64,000 nt of DNA from Balanoglossus misakiensis (lineage: Eukaryota; Animalia; Hemichordata): positions 396,518 through 460,517 of the forward strand of contig CM082591.2 in NCBI GenBank assembly GCA_040954595.2, written 5' to 3'. The notes below the pieces were generated by a model. That model was not told where the DNA came from and made no database searches. It worked only from the letters and a program-made list of their open reading frames with translations. Shown here piece by piece: positions 1-15,400 of the stretch. Made by a program: the position numbers and the translations under genes. Every line of letters starts with the position of its first letter. Position 1 is the first letter of the stretch.

Positions 1-3000
1 GGATTTTCATGAGCTATAACCCATGATTTTTTCAAAAATCGGCCAAATTTTGAAATTCCGCAAAGTCGAAAAATTCTCATTTTGGGATGATTTTCATGAG
101 CTATAACCCATGATTTTTTCAAAAATCGGCCAAATTTTGAATCCGCAAAGTCAAATAATTCTCATTTTGGGATGATTTTCATGAGCTATAACCCATGATT
201 TTTTCAAAAATCGGCCAAATTTGAAATTCCGCAAAGTCGAAAAATTCTATTTTGGATGATTTCATGAGCTATAACCCATGATTTTTTCAAAAATCGGCCA
301 AATTTATGAAATCCGCAAAGTCAAAAAATTCTCATTTTGGATGATTTTCATGACATAACCCATGATTTTTCAAAATCGGCCAAATTTTGAAATTCCGCAA
401 AGTCGAAAAATTCTCATTTTGGGATGATTTTCATGAGCTATAAACCCATGATTTTTTCAAAAAATCGGCCAAATTTTGAAATTCCGCAAAGTCGAAAAAT
501 TCTCATTTTGGGATGATTTTCATGAGCTATAACCCATGATTTTTTCAAAAATCGGCCAAATTTTGAAATTCCCGCAAAGTCGAAAAATTCTCATTTTGGG
601 ATGATTTTCATGAGCTATAACCCATGATTTTTTCAAAAATCGGCCAAATTTTGAAATTCCGCAAAGTCGAAAAATTCTCATTTTGGGATGATTTTCATGA
701 GCTATAACCCATGATTTTTTCAAAAATCGGCCAAATTTGAAATTCCGCAAAGTCGAAAATTCTCATTTGGGATGATTTTCATGAGCTATAACCATGATTT
801 TTTCAAAAATCGGCCAAATTTTGAAATTTCCGCAAAGTCGAAAAATTCTCATTTTTGGGATGATTTTAATGAGCTATAACCCATGATTTTTCAAAAAATC
901 GGCCAAATTTTGAAATTCCGCAAAGTCGAAAAAATTCTCATTTTGGGATGATTTTCATGAGCTATAACCCATGATTTTTCAAAAATCGGCCAAATTTTGA
1001 AATTCCGCAAAGTCGAAAAATTCTCATTTGGATGATTTTCATGAGCTATAACCCATGATTTTTTCAAAAAGCGGCCAAATTTTGAAATTCCGCAAAGTCG
1101 AAAAATTCTCATTTTGGGATGATTTTCATGAGCTATAACCCATGATTTTTTCAAAAATCGGCCAAATTTTGAAAATTCCGCAAAGTCGAAAAATTCTCAT
1201 TTTGGGATGATTTTTCATGAGCTATAACCCATGATTTTTTCAAAATCGGCCAAATTTTAGAATTCCGCAAAGTCGAAAAATTCTCATTTTGGGATGATTT
1301 TCATGAGCTATAACCCATGATTTTTTCAAAAATCGGCCAAATTTTGAAATTCCGCAAAGTCGAAAAATTCTCATTTTGGGATGATTTTCATGAGCTATAA
1401 CCCATGATTTTTTCAAAAATCGGCCAAATTTTGAAATTCCGCAAAGTCGAAAAATTCTCATTTTGGGATGATTTTCATGAGCTATAACCCATGATTTTTT
1501 CAAAAATCGGCCAAATTTTGAAATTCCGCAAAGTCGAAAAATTCTCATTTTGGGATGATTTTCATGAGCTATAACCCATGATTTTTTCAAAATCGGCCAA
1601 TTTTGAAATTCCGCAAAGTCGAAAAATTCTCATTTTGGGATGATTTTCATGAGCTATAACCCATGATTTTTTCAAAAATCGGCCAAATTTTGAAATTCCG
1701 CAAAGTCGAAAATTCTCATTTTGGGATGATTTTCATGAGCTATAACCCATGATTTTTTCAAAAATCGGCCAAATTTTGAAATTCCGCAAAGTCGAAAAAT
1801 TCTCATTTTGGGATGATTTTCATGAGCTATAACCCATGATTTTTTCAAAAATCGGCCAAATTTTGAAATTCCGCAAAGTCGAAAAATTCTCATTTTGGGA
1901 TGATTTTCATGAGCTATAACCCATGATTTTTTCAAAAAGCGGCCAAATTTTGAAATTCCGCAAAGTCGAAAAATTCTCATTTTGGGATGATTTTCATGAG
2001 CTATAACCCATGATTTTTTCAAAAATCGGCCAAATTTTGAAATTCCGCAAAGTCGAAAAATTCTCATTTTGGGATGATTTTCATGAGCTATAACCCATGA
2101 TTTTTTCAAAAATCGGCCAAATTTTGAAATTCCGCAAAGTCGAAAAATTCTCATTTTGGGATGATTTTCATGAGCTATAAACCATGATTTTTTTCAAAAA
2201 TCGGCCAAATTTTGAAATTCCGCAAAGTCGAAAAATTCTCATTTTGGGATGATTTTCATGAGCTATAACCCATGATTTTTTCAAAAATCGGCCAAATTTT
2301 GAAATTCCGCAAAGTCGAAAATTCTCATTTTGGGATGATTTTCATGAGCTATAACCCATGATTTTTTCAAAAATCGGCCAAATTTTGAAATTCCGCAAAG
2401 TCGAAAAATTCTCATTTTGGGATGATTTTCATGAGCTATAACCCATGATTTTTTCAAAAATCGGCCAAATTTTGAAATTCCGCAAAGTCGAAAAATTCTC
2501 ATTTTGGGATGATTTTCATGAGCTATAACCCATGATTTTTTCAAAAATCGGCCAAATTTTGAAATTCCGCAAAGTCGAAAAATTCTCATTTTGGGATGAT
2601 TTTCATGAGCTATAACCCATGATTTTTTCAAAAATCGGCCAAATTTTGAAATTCCGCAAAGTCGAAAAATTCTCATTTTGGGATGATTTTCATGAGCTAT
2701 AACCCATGATTTTTTCAAAAATCGGCCAAATTTTGAAATTCCGCAAAGTCGAAAAATTCTCATTTTGGGATGATTTTCATGAGCTATAACCCATGATTTT
2801 TTCAAAAAATCGGCCAAATTTTGAAATTCCGCAAAGTCGAAAAATTCTCATTTTGGGATGATTTTCATGAGCTATAACCCATGATTTTTTCAAAAATCGG
2901 CCAAATTTTGAAATTCCGCAAAGTCGAAAAATTCTCATTTTGGGATGATTTTCATGAGCTATAACCCATGATTTTTTCAAAAATCGGCCAAATTTTTGAA

Positions 3001-6000
3001 ATTCCGCAAAGTCGAAAAATTCTCATTTTGGGATGATTTTCATGAGCTATAACCCATGATTTTTTCAAAAATCGGCCAAATTTTGAAATTCCGCAAAGTC
3101 GAAAATTCTCATTTTGGGATGATTTTCATGAGCTATAACCCATGATTTTTTCAAAAATCGGCCAAATTTTGAAATTCCGCAAAGTCGATAAATTCTCATT
3201 TTGGGATGATTTTCATGAGCTATAACCCATGATTTTTTCAAAAATCGGCCAAATTTTGAAATTCCGCAAAGTCGAAAAATTCTCATTTTGGGATGATTTT
3301 CATGAGCTATAACCCATGATTTTTTCAAAAATCGGCCAAATTTTGAAATTCCGCAAAGTCGAAAATTCTCATTTTGGGATGATTTTCATGAGCTATAACC
3401 CATGATTTTTTCAAAAATCGGCCAAATTTTGAAATTCCGCAAAGTCGAAAAATTCTCATTTTGGGATGATTTTCATGAGCTATAACCCATGATTTTTTCA
3501 AAAATCGGCCAAATTTTGAAATTCCGCAAAGTCGAAAAATTCTCATTTTGGGATGATTTTCATGAGCTATAACCCATGATTTTTTCAAAAATCGGCCAAA
3601 TTTTGAAATTCCGCAAAGTCGAAAAATTCTCATTTTGGGATGATTTTCATGAGCTATAACCCATGATTTTTTCAAAAATCGGCCAAATTTTGAAATTCCG
3701 CAAAGTCGAGAAAAATTCTCATTTTGGGATGATTTTCATGAGCTATAACCCATGATTTTTTCAAAAATCGGCCAAATTTTGAAATTCCGCAAAGTCGAAA
3801 ATTCTCATTTTGGGATGATTTTCATGAGCTATAACCCATGATTTTTTCAAAAATCGGCCAAATTTTGAAATTCCGCAAAGTCGAAAAATTCTCATTTTGG
3901 GATGATTTTCATGAGCTATAACCCATGATTTTTTCAAAAATCGGCCAAATTTTGAAATTCCGCAAAGTCGAAAAATTCTCATTTTGGGATGATTTTCATG
4001 AGCTATAACCCATGATTTTTTCAAAAATCGGCCAAATTTTGAAATTCCGCAAAGTCGAAAAATTCTCATTTTGGGATGATTTTCATGAGCTATAACCCAT
4101 GATTTTTTCAAAAATCGGCCAAATTTTGAAATTCCGCAAAGTCGAAAAATTCTCATTTTGGGATGATTTTCATGAGCTATAACCCATGATTTTTTCAAAA
4201 ATCGGCCAAATTTTGAAATTCCGCAAAGTCGAAAAATTCTCATTTTGGGATGATTTTCATGAGCTATAACCCATGATTTTTTCAAAAATCGGCCAAATTT
4301 TGAAATTCCGCAAAGTCGAAAAATTCTCATTTTGGGATGATTTTCATGAGCTATAACCCATGATTTTTTCAAAAATCGGCCAAATTTGAAATTCCGCAAA
4401 GTCGAAAAATTCTCATTTTGGGATGATTTTCATGAGCTATAACCCATGATTTTTTCAAAAATCGGCCAAATTTTGAAATTCCGCAAAGTCGAAAAATTCT
4501 CATTTTGGGATGATTTTCATGAGCTATAACCCATGATTTTTTCAAAAATCGGCCAAATTTTGAAATTCCGCAAAGTCGAAAAATTCTCATTTTGGGATGA
4601 TTTTCATGAGCTATAACCCATGATTTTTTCAAAAATCGGCCAAATTTTGAAATTCCGCAAAGTCGAAAAATTCTCATTTTGGGATGATTTTCATGAGCTA
4701 TAACCCATGATTTTTTCAAAAATCGGCCAAATTTTGAAATTCCGCAAAGTCGAAAAATTCTCATTTTGGGATGATTTTCATGAGCTATAACCCATGATTT
4801 TTTCAAAAATCGGCCAAATTTTGAAATTCCGCAAAGTCGAAAAATTCTCATTTTGGGATGATTTTCATGAGCTATAACCCATGATTTTTTCAAAAATCGG
4901 CCAAATTTTGAAATTCCGCAAAGTCGAAAAATTCTCATTTTGGGATGATTTTCATGAGCTATAACCCATGATTTTTTCAAAAATCGGCCAAATTTTGAAA
5001 TTCCGCAAAGTCGAAAAATTCTCATTTTGGGATGATTTTCATGAGCTATAACCCATGATTTTTTCAAAAATCGGCCAAATTTTGAAATTCCGCAAAGTCG
5101 AAAAATTCTCATTTTGGGATGATTTTCATGAGCTATAACCCATGATTTTTCAAAAATCGGCCAAATTTTGAAATTCCGCAAAGTCGAAAAATTCTCATTT
5201 TGGGATGATTTTCATGAGCTATAACCCATGATTTTTTCAAAAATCGGCCAAATTTTGAAATTCCGCAAAGTCGAAAAATTCTCATTTTGGGATGATTTTC
5301 ATGAGCTATAACCCATGATTTTTTCAAAAATCGGCCAAATTTTGAAATTCCGCAAAGTCGAAAAATTCTCATTTTGGGATGATTTTCATGAGCTATAACC
5401 CATGATTTTTTCAAAAATCGGCCAAATTTTGAAATTCCGCAAAGTCGAAAATTCTCATTTTGGGATGATTTTCATGAGCTATAACCCATGATTTTTTCAA
5501 AAATCGGCCAAATTTTGAAATTCCGCAAAGTCGAAAAATTCTCATTTTGGGATGATTTTCATGAGCTATAACCCATGATTTTTTCAAAAATCGGCCAAAT
5601 TTTGAAATTCCGCAAAGTCGAAAAATTCTCATTTTGGGATGATTTTCATGAGCTATAAACCATGATTTTTTCAAAAATCGGCCAAATTTTGAAATTCCGC
5701 AAAGTCGAAAAATTCTCATTTTGGGATGATTTTCATGAGCTATAACCCATGATTTTTTCAAAAATCGGCCAAATTTTGAAATTCCGCAAAGTCGAAAAAT
5801 TCTCATTTTGGGATGATTTTCATGAGCTATAACCCATGATTTTTTCAAAAATCGGCCAAATTTTGAAATTCCGCAAAGTCGAAAAATTCTCATTTTGGGA
5901 TGATTTTCATGAGCTATAACCCATGATTTTTTCAAAAATCGGCCAAATTTTGAAATTCCGCAAAGTCGAAAAATTCTCATTTTGGGATGATTTTCATGAG

Positions 6001-9000
6001 CTATAACCCATGATTTTTTCAAAAATCGGCCAAATTTTGAAATTCCGCAAAGTCGAAAAATTCTCATTTTGGGATGATTTTCATGAGCTATAACCCATGA
6101 TTTTTTCAAAAATCGGCCAAATTTTGAAATTCCGCAAAGTCGAAAAATTCTCATTTTGGGATGATTTTCATGAGCTATAACCCATGATTTTTTCAAAAAT
6201 CGGCCAAATTTTGAAATTCCGCAAAGTCGAAAAATTCTCATTTTGGGATGATTTTCATGAGCTATAACCCATGATTTTTTCAAAAATCGGCCAAATTTTG
6301 AAATTCCGCAAAGTCGAAAAATTCTCATTTGGGATGATTTTCATGAGCTATAACCCATGATTTTTTTCAAAAATCGGCCAAATTTTGAAATTCCGCAAAG
6401 TCGAAAATTCTCATTTTGGGATGATTTTCATGAGCTATAACCCATGATTTTTTCAAAAATCGGCCAAATTTTGAAATTCCGCAAAGTCGAAAATTCTCAT
6501 TTTGGGATGATTTTCATGAGCTATAACCCATGATTTTTTCAAAAATCGGCCAAATTTTGAAATTCCGCAAAGTCGAAAAATTCTCATTTTGGGATGATTT
6601 TCATGAGCTATAACCCATGATTTTTTCAAAAATCGGCCAAATTTTGAAATTCCGCAAAGTCGAGAAATTCTCATTTTGGGATGATTTTCATGAGCTATAA
6701 CCCATGATTTTTTCAAAAATCGGCCAAATTTTGAAATTCCGCAAAGTCGAAAAATTCTCATTTTGGGATGATTTTCATGAGCTATAACCCATGATTTTTT
6801 CAAAAATCGGCCAAATTTTGAAATTCCGCAAAGTCGAAAAATTCTCATTTTGGGATGATTTTCATGAGCTATAACCCATGATTTTTTCAAAAATCGGCCA
6901 AATTTTGAAATTCCGCAAAGTCGAAAAATTCTCATTTTGGGATGATTTTCATGAGCTATAACCCATGATTTTTTCAAAAATCGGCCAAATTTTGAAATTC
7001 CGCAAAGTCGAAAAATTCTCATTTTGGGATGATTTTCATGAGCTATAACCCATGATTTTTTCAAAAATCGGCCAAATTTTGAAATTCCGCAAAGTCGAAA
7101 ATTCTCATTTTGGGATGATTTTCATGAGCTATAACCCATGATTTTTTCAAAAATCGGCCAAATTTTGAAATTCCGCAAAGTCGAAAAATTCTCATTTTGG
7201 GATGATTTTCATGAGCTATAACCCATGATTTTTTCAAAAATCGGCCAAATTTTGAAATTCCGCAAAGTCGAAAAATTCTCATTTTGGGATGATTTTCATG
7301 AGCTATAACCCATGATTTTTTCAAAAATCGGCCAAATTTTGAAATTCCGCAAAGTCGAGAAATTCTCATTTTGGGATGATTTTCATGAGCTATAACCCAT
7401 GATTTTTTCAAAAATCGGCCAAATTTTGAAATTCCGCAAAGTCGAGAAATTCTCATTTTGGGATGATTTTCATGAGCTATAACCCATGATTTTTTCAAAA
7501 ATCGGCCAAATTTTGAAATTCCGCAAAGTCGAAAAATTCTCATTTTGGGATGATTTTCATGAGCTATAACCCATGATTTTTTCAAAAATCGGCCAAATTT
7601 TGAAATTCCGCAAAGTCGAAAAATTCTCATTTTGGGATGATTTTCATGAGCTATAACCCATGATTTTTTCAAAAATCGGCCAAATTTTGAAATTCCGCAA
7701 AGTCGAAAATTCTCATTTTGGGATGATTTTCATGAGCTATAACCCATGATTTTTTCAAAAATCGGCCAAATTTTGAAATTCCGCAAAGTCGAAAAATTCT
7801 CATTTTGGGATGATTTTCATGAGCTATAACCCATGATTTTTTCAAAAATCGGCCAAATTTTGAAATTCCGCAAAGTCGAAAATTCTCATTTTGGGATGAT
7901 TTTCATGAGCTATAACCCATGATTTTTTCAAAAATCGGCCAAATTTTGAAATTCCGCAAAGTCGAAAAATTCTCATTTTGGGATGATTTTCATGAGCTAT
8001 AACCCATGATTTTTTCAAAAATCGGCCAAATTTTGAAATTCCGCAAAGTCGAAAAATTCTCATTTTGGGATGATTTTTCATGAGCTATAACCCATGATTT
8101 TTTCAAAAATCGGCCAAATTTTGAAATTCCGCAAAGTCGAAAAATTCTCATTTTGGGATGATTTTCATGAGCTATAACCCATGATTTTTTCAAAAATCGG
8201 CCAAATTTTGAAATTCCGCAAAGTCGAAAAATTCTCATTTTGGGATGATTTTCATGAGCTATAACCCATGATTTTTTCAAAAATCGGCCAAATTTTGAAA
8301 TTCCGCAAAGTCGAAAAATTCTCATTTTGGGATGATTTTCATGAGCTATAACCCATGATTTTTTCAAAAATCGGCCAAATTTTGAAATTCCGCAAAGTCG
8401 AAAAATTCTCATTTTGGGATGATTTTCATGAGCTATAACCCATGATTTTTTCAAAAATCGGCCAAATTTTGAAATTCCGCAAAGTCGAAAAATTCTCATT
8501 TTGGGATGATTTTCATGAGCTATAACCCCATGATTTTTTCAAAAATCGGCCAAATTTTGAAATTCCGCAAAGTCGAGAAAATTCTCATTTTGGGATGATT
8601 TTCATGAGCTATAACCCATGATTTTTTCAAAAATCGGCCAAATTTTGAAATTCCGCAAAGTCGAAAAATTCTCATTTTGGGATGATTTTCATGAGCTATA
8701 ACCCATGATTTTTTCAAAAATCGGCCAAATTTTGAAATTCCGCAAAGTCGAAAAATTCTCATTTTGGGATGATTTTCATGAGCTATAACCCATGATTTTT
8801 TCAAAAATCGGCCAAATTTTGAAATTCCGCAAAGTCGAAAAATTCTCATTTTGGGATGATTTTCATGAGCTATAACCCATGATTTTTTCAAAAATCGGCC
8901 AAATTTTGAAATTCCGCAAAGTCGAAAAATTCTCATTTTGGGATGATTTTCATGAGCTATAACCCATGATTTTTTCAAAAATCGGCCAAATTTTGAAATT

Positions 9001-12000
9001 CCGCAAAGTCGAAAATTCTCATTTTGGGATGATTTTCATGAGCTATAACCCATGATTTTTTCAAAAATCGGCCAAATTTTGAAATTCCGCAAAGTCGAAA
9101 AATTCTCATTTTGGGATGATTTTCATGAGCTATAACCCATGATTTTTTCAAAAATCGGCCAAATTTTGAAATTCCGCAAAGTCGAAAAATTCTCATTTTG
9201 GGATGATTTTCATGAGCTATAACCCATGATTTTTTTCAAAAATCGGCCAAATTTTGAAATTCCGCAAAGTCGAAAAATTCTCATTTTGGGATGATTTTCA
9301 TGAGCTATAACCCATGATTTTTTCAAAAATCGGCCAAATTTTGAAATTCCGCAAAGTCGAAAAATTCTCATTTTGGGATGATTTTCATGAGCTATAACCC
9401 ATGATTTTTTCAAAATCGGCCAAATTTTGAAATTCCGCAAAGTCGAAAAATTCTCATTTTGGGATGATTTTCATGAGCTATAACCCATGATTTTTTCAAA
9501 AATCGGCCAAATTTTGAAATTCCGCAAAGTCGAGAAATTCTCATTTTGGGATGATTTTCATGAGCTATAACCCATGATTTTTTCAAAAATCGGCCAAATT
9601 TTGAAATTCCGCAAAGTCGAAAAATTCTCATTTTGGGATGATTTTCATGAGCTATAACCCATGATTTTTCAAAAATCGGCCAAATTTTGAAATTCCGCAA
9701 AGTCGAGAAATTCTCATTTTGGGATGATTTTCATGAGCTATAACCCATGATTTTTTCAAAAATCGGCCAAATTTTGAAATTCCGCAAAGTCGAAAAATTC
9801 TCATTTTGGGATGATTTTCATGAGCTATAACCCATGATTTTTTCAAAAATCGGCCAAATTTTGAAATTCCGCAAAGTCGAAAAATTCTCATTTTGGGATG
9901 ATTTTCATGAGCTATAACCCATGATTTTTTCAAAAATCGGCCAAATTTTGAAATTCCGCAAAGTCGAAAAATTCTCATTTTGGGATGATTTTCATGAGCT
10001 ATAACCCATGATTTTTTCAAAAATCGGCCAAATTTTGAAATTCCGCAAAGTCGAAAAATTCTCATTTTGGGATGATTTTCATGAGCTATAACCCATGATT
10101 TTTTCAAAAATCGGCCAAATTTTGAAATTCCGCAAAGTCGAAAAATTCTCATTTTGGGATGATTTTCATGAGCTATAACCCATGATTTTTTCAAAAATCG
10201 GCCAAATTTTGAAATTCCGCAAAGTCGAAAAATTCTCATTTTGGGATGATTTTCATGAGCTATAACCCATGATTTTTTCAAAAATCGGCCAAATTTTGAA
10301 ATTCCGCAAAGTCGAAAAATTCTCATTTTGGGATGATTTTCATGAGCTATAACCCATGATTTTTTCAAAAATCGGCCAAATTTTGAAATTCCGCAAAGTC
10401 GAAAAATTCTCATTTTGGGATGATTTTCATGAGCTATAACCCATGATTTTTTCAAAAATCGGCCAAATTTTGAAATTCCGCAAAGTCGAAAAATTCTCAT
10501 TTTGGGATGATTTTCATGAGCTATAACCCATGATTTTTTCAAAAATCGGCCAAATTTTGAAATTCCGCAAAGTCGAAAAATTCTCATTTTGGGATGATTT
10601 TCATGAGCTATAACCCATGATTTTTTCAAAAATCGGCCAAATTTTGAAATTCCGCAAAGTCGAAAAATTCTCATTTTGGGATGATTTTCATGAGCTATAA
10701 CCCATGATTTTTTCAAAAATCGGCCAAATTTTGAAATTCCGCAAAGTCGAAAAATTCTCATTTTGGGATGATTTTCATGAGCTATAACCCATGATTTTTT
10801 CAAAAATCGGCCAAAATTTTGAAATTCCGCAAAGTCGAAAAATTCTCATTTTGGGATGATTTTCATGAGCTATAACCCATGATTTTTTCAAAAATCGGCC
10901 AAATTTTGAAATTCCGCAAAGTCGAAAAATTCTCATTTTGGGATGATTTTCATGAGCTATAACCCATGATTTTTTCAAAAATCGGCCAAATTTTGAAATT
11001 CCGCAAAGTCGAAAAATTCTCATTTTGGGATGATTTTCATGAGCTATAACCCATGATTTTTTCAAAAATCGGCCAAATTTTGAAATTCCGCAAAGTCGAA
11101 AAATTCTCATTTTGGGATGATTTTCATGAGCTATAACCCATGATTTTTTCAAAAATCGGCCAAATTTTGAAATTCCGCAAAGTCGAAAAATTCTCATTTT
11201 GGGATGATTTTCATGAGCTATAACCCATGATTTTTTCAAAAATCGGCCAAATTTTGAAATTCCGCAAAGTCGAAAAATTCTCATTTTGGGATGATTTTCA
11301 TGAGCTATAACCCATGATTTTTTCAAAAATCGGCCAAATTTTGAAATTCCGCAAAGTCGAAAAATTCTCATTTTGGGATGATTTTCATGAGCTATAACCC
11401 ATGATTTTTTCAAAAATCGGCCAAATTTTGAAATTCCGCAAAGTCGAAAAATTCTCATTTTGGGATGATTTTCATGAGCTATAACCCATGATTTTTTCAA
11501 AAATCGGCCAAATTTTGAAATTCCGCAAAGTCGAAAAATTCTCATTTTGGGATGATTTTCATGAGCTATAACCCATGATTTTTTCAAAAATCGGCCAAAT
11601 TTTGAAATTCCGCAAAGTCGAAAAATTCTCATTTTGGGATGATTTTCATGAGCTATAACCCATGATTTTTTCAAAAATCGGCCAAATTTTGAAATTCCGC
11701 AAAGTCGAAAATTCTCATTTTGGGATGATTTTCATGAGCTATAACCCATGATTTTTTCAAAAATCGGCCAAATTTTGAAATTCCGCAAAGTCGAAAAATT
11801 CTCATTTGGGATGATTTTCATGAGCTATAACCCATGATTTTTTCAAAAATCGGCCAAATTTTGAAATTCCGCAAAGTCGAAAAATTCTCATTTTGGGATG
11901 ATTTTCATGAGCTATAACCCATGATTTTTTCAAAAATCGGCCAAATTTTGAAATTCCGCAAAGTCGAAAAATTCTCATTTTGGGATGATTTTCATGAGCT

Positions 12001-15000
12001 ATAACCCATGATTTTTTCAAAAATCGGCCAAATTTTGAAATTCCGCAAAGTCGAAAAATTCTCATTTTGGGATGATTTTCATGAGCTATAACCCATGATT
12101 TTTTTCAAAAATCGGCCAAATTTTGAAATTCCGCAAAGTCGAAAAATTCTCATTTTGGGATGATTTTCATGAGCTATAACCCATGATTTTTTCAAAAATC
12201 GGCCAAATTTTGAAATTCCGCAAAGTCGAAAAATTCTCATTTTGGGATGATTTTCATGAGCTATAACCCATGATTTTTTCAAAAATCGGCCAAATTTTGA
12301 AATTCCGCAAAGTCGAAAAATTCTCATTTTGGGATGATTTTCATGAGCTATAACCCATGATTTTTTCAAAAATCGGCCAAATTTTGAAATTCCGCAAAGT
12401 CGAGAAATTCTCATTTTGGGATGATTTTCATGAGCTATAACCCATGATTTTTTCAAAAATCGGCCAAATTTTGAAATTCCGCAAAGTCGAGAAATTCTCA
12501 TTTTGGGATGATTTTCATGAGCTATAACCCATGATTTTTTCAAAAATCGGCCAAATTTTGAAATTCCGCAAAGTCGAGAAATTCTCATTTTGGGATGATT
12601 TTCATGAGCTATAACCCATGATTTTTTCAAAAATCGGCCAAATTTTGAAATTCCGCAAAGTCGAGAAATTCTCATTTTGGGATGATTTTCATGAGCTATA
12701 ACCCATGATTTTTTCAAAAATCGGCCAAATTTTGAATTCCGCAAAGTCGAAAAATTCTCATTTTGGGATGATTTTCATGAGCTATAACCCATGATTTTTT
12801 CAAAAATCGGCCAAATTTTGAAATTCCGCAAAGTCGAAAAATTCTCATTTTGGGATGATTTTCATGAGCTATAACCCATGATTTTTTCAAAAATCGGCCA
12901 AATTTTGAAATTCCGCAAAGTCGAAAAATTCTCATTTTGGGATGATTTTCATGAGCTATAACCCATGATTTTTTCAAAAATCGGCCAAATTTTGAAATTC
13001 CGCAAAGTCGAAAAATTCTCATTTTGGGATGATTTTCATGAGCTATAACCCATGATTTTTTCAAAAATCGGCCAAATTTTGAAATTCCGCAAAGTCGAAA
13101 AATTCTCATTTTGGGATGATTTCATGAGCTATAACCCATGATTTTTTCAAAAATCGGCCAAATTTTGAAATTCCGCAAAGTCGAAAAATTCTCATTTTGG
13201 GATGATTTTCATGAGCTATAACCCATGATTTTTTCAAAAATCGGCCAAATTTTGAAATTCCGCAAAGTCGAAAAATTCTCATTTTGGGATGATTTTCATG
13301 AGCTATAACCCATGATTTTTTCAAAAATCGGCCAAATTTTGAAATTCCGCAAAGTCGAAAAAATTCTCATTTTGGGATGATTTTCATGAGCTATAACCCA
13401 TGATTTTTTCAAAAATCGGCCAAATTTTGAAATTCCGCAAAGTCGAAAAATTCTCATTTTGGGATGATTTTCATGAGCTATAACCCATGATTTTTTCAAA
13501 AATCGGCCAAATTTTGAAATTCCGCAAAGTCGAAAAAATTCTCATTTTGGGATGATTTTCATGAGCTATAACCCATGATTTTTTCAAAAATCGGCCAAAT
13601 TTTGAAATTCCGCAAAGTCGAAAAATTCTCATTTTGGGATGATTTTCATGAGCTATAACCCATGATTTTTTCAAAAATCGGCCAAATTTTGAAATTCCGC
13701 AAAGTCGAAAAATTCTCATTTTGGGATGATTTTCATGAGCTATAACCCATGATTTTTTCAAAAATCGGCCAAATTTTGAAATTCCGCAAAGTCGAAAAAT
13801 TCTCATTTTGGGATGATTTTCATGAGCTATAACCCATGATTTTTTCAAAAATCGGCCAAATTTTGAAATTCCGCAAAGTCGAAAATTCTCATTTTGGGAT
13901 GATTTTCATGAGCTATAACCCATGATTTTTTCAAAAATCGGCCAAATTTTGAAATTCCGCAAAGTCGAAAAATTCTCATTTTGGGATGATTTTCATGAGC
14001 TATAACCCATGATTTTTTCAAAAATCGGCCAAATTTTGAAATTCCGCAAAGTCGAAAAATTCTCATTTTGGGATGATTTTCATGAGCTATAACCCATGAT
14101 TTTTTCAAAAATCGGCCAAATTTTGAAATTCCGCAAAGTCGAAAAATTCTCATTTTGGGATGATTTTCATGAGCTATAACCCATGATTTTTTCAAAAATC
14201 GGCCAAATTTTGAAATTCCGCAAAGTCGAAAAATTCTCATTTTGGGATGATTTTCATGAGCTATAACCCATGATTTTTTCAAAAATCGGCCAAATTTTGA
14301 AATTCCGCAAAGTCGAAAAATTCTCATTTTGGGATGATTTTCATGAGCTATAACCCATGATTTTTTCAAAAATCGGCCAAATTTTGAAATTCCGCAAAGT
14401 CGAGAAATTCTCATTTTGGGATGATTTTCATGAGCTATAACCCATGATTTTTTCAAAAATCGGCCAAATTTTGAAATTCCGCAAAGTCGAAAAATTCTCA
14501 TTTTGGGATGATTTTCATGAGCTATAACCCATGATTTTTTCAAAAATCGGCCAAATTTTGAAATTCCGCAAAGTCGAGAAATTCTCATTTTGGGATGATT
14601 TTCATGAGCTATAACCCATGATTTTTTCAAAAATCGGCCAAATTTTGAAATTCCGCAAAGTCGAAAAATTCTCATTTTGGGATGATTTTCATGAGCTATA
14701 ACCCATGATTTTTTCAAAAATCGGCCAAATTTTGAAATTCCGCAAAGTCGAAAAATTCTCATTTTGGGATGATTTTCATGAGCTATAACCCATGATTTTT
14801 TCAAAAATCGGCCAAATTTTGAAATTCCGCAAAGTCGAGAAATTCTCATTTTGGGATGATTTTCATGAGCTATAACCCATGATTTTTTCAAAAATCGGCC
14901 AAATTTTGAAATTCCGCAAAGTCGAAAAATTCTCATTTTGGGATGATTTTCATGAGCTATAACCCATGATTTTTTCAAAAATCGGCCAAATTTTGAAATT

Positions 15001-15400
15001 CCGCAAAGTCGAAAAATTCTCATTTTGGGATGATTTTCATGAGCTATAACCCATGATTTTTTCAAAAATCGGCCAAATTTTGAAATTCCGCAAAGTCGAA
15101 AAATTCTCATTTTGGGATGATTTTCATGAGCTATAACCCATGATTTTTTCAAAAATCGGCCAAATTTTGAAATTCCGCAAAGTCGAAAAATTCTCATTTT
15201 CGGATGATTTTCATGAGCTATAACCCATGATTTTTTCAAAAATCGGCCAAATTTTGAAATTCCGCAAAGTCGAAAAATTCTCATTTTGGGATGATTTTCA
15301 TGAGCTATAACCCATGATTTTTTCAAAAATCGGCCAAATTTTGAAATTCCGCAAAGTCGAAAATTTCTCATTTTGGGATGATTTTCATGAGCTATAACCC
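1..15400. repeat. Satellite array, type-A 87-bp monomer (~177 copies; runs off the window start)
   Basis: Head-to-tail unit GGATGATTTTCATGAGCTATAACCCATGATTTTTTCAAAAATCGGCCAAATTTTGAAATTCCGCAAAGTCGAAAAATTCTCATTTTG. The 29-aa period of the minus-strand ORFs equals 87 bp. Variation is almost entirely homopolymer indels plus a few SNPs. Confidence 0.99.

Noticed and set aside
1-1600. Higher apparent monomer divergence at the window start
   Set aside because: The changes are mostly single-base homopolymer indels, denser toward base 1, which fits low-coverage long-read consensus error near a contig end better than biology.
520-15371. Many minus-strand ORFs made of the 29-aa repeat KKSWVIAHENHPKMRIFRLCGISKFGRFL
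   Set aside because: The 87-bp unit is divisible by 3 and has one stop-free frame. There is almost no synonymous variation, the ORFs break at homopolymer indels, and they vanish in the 88-bp zone.
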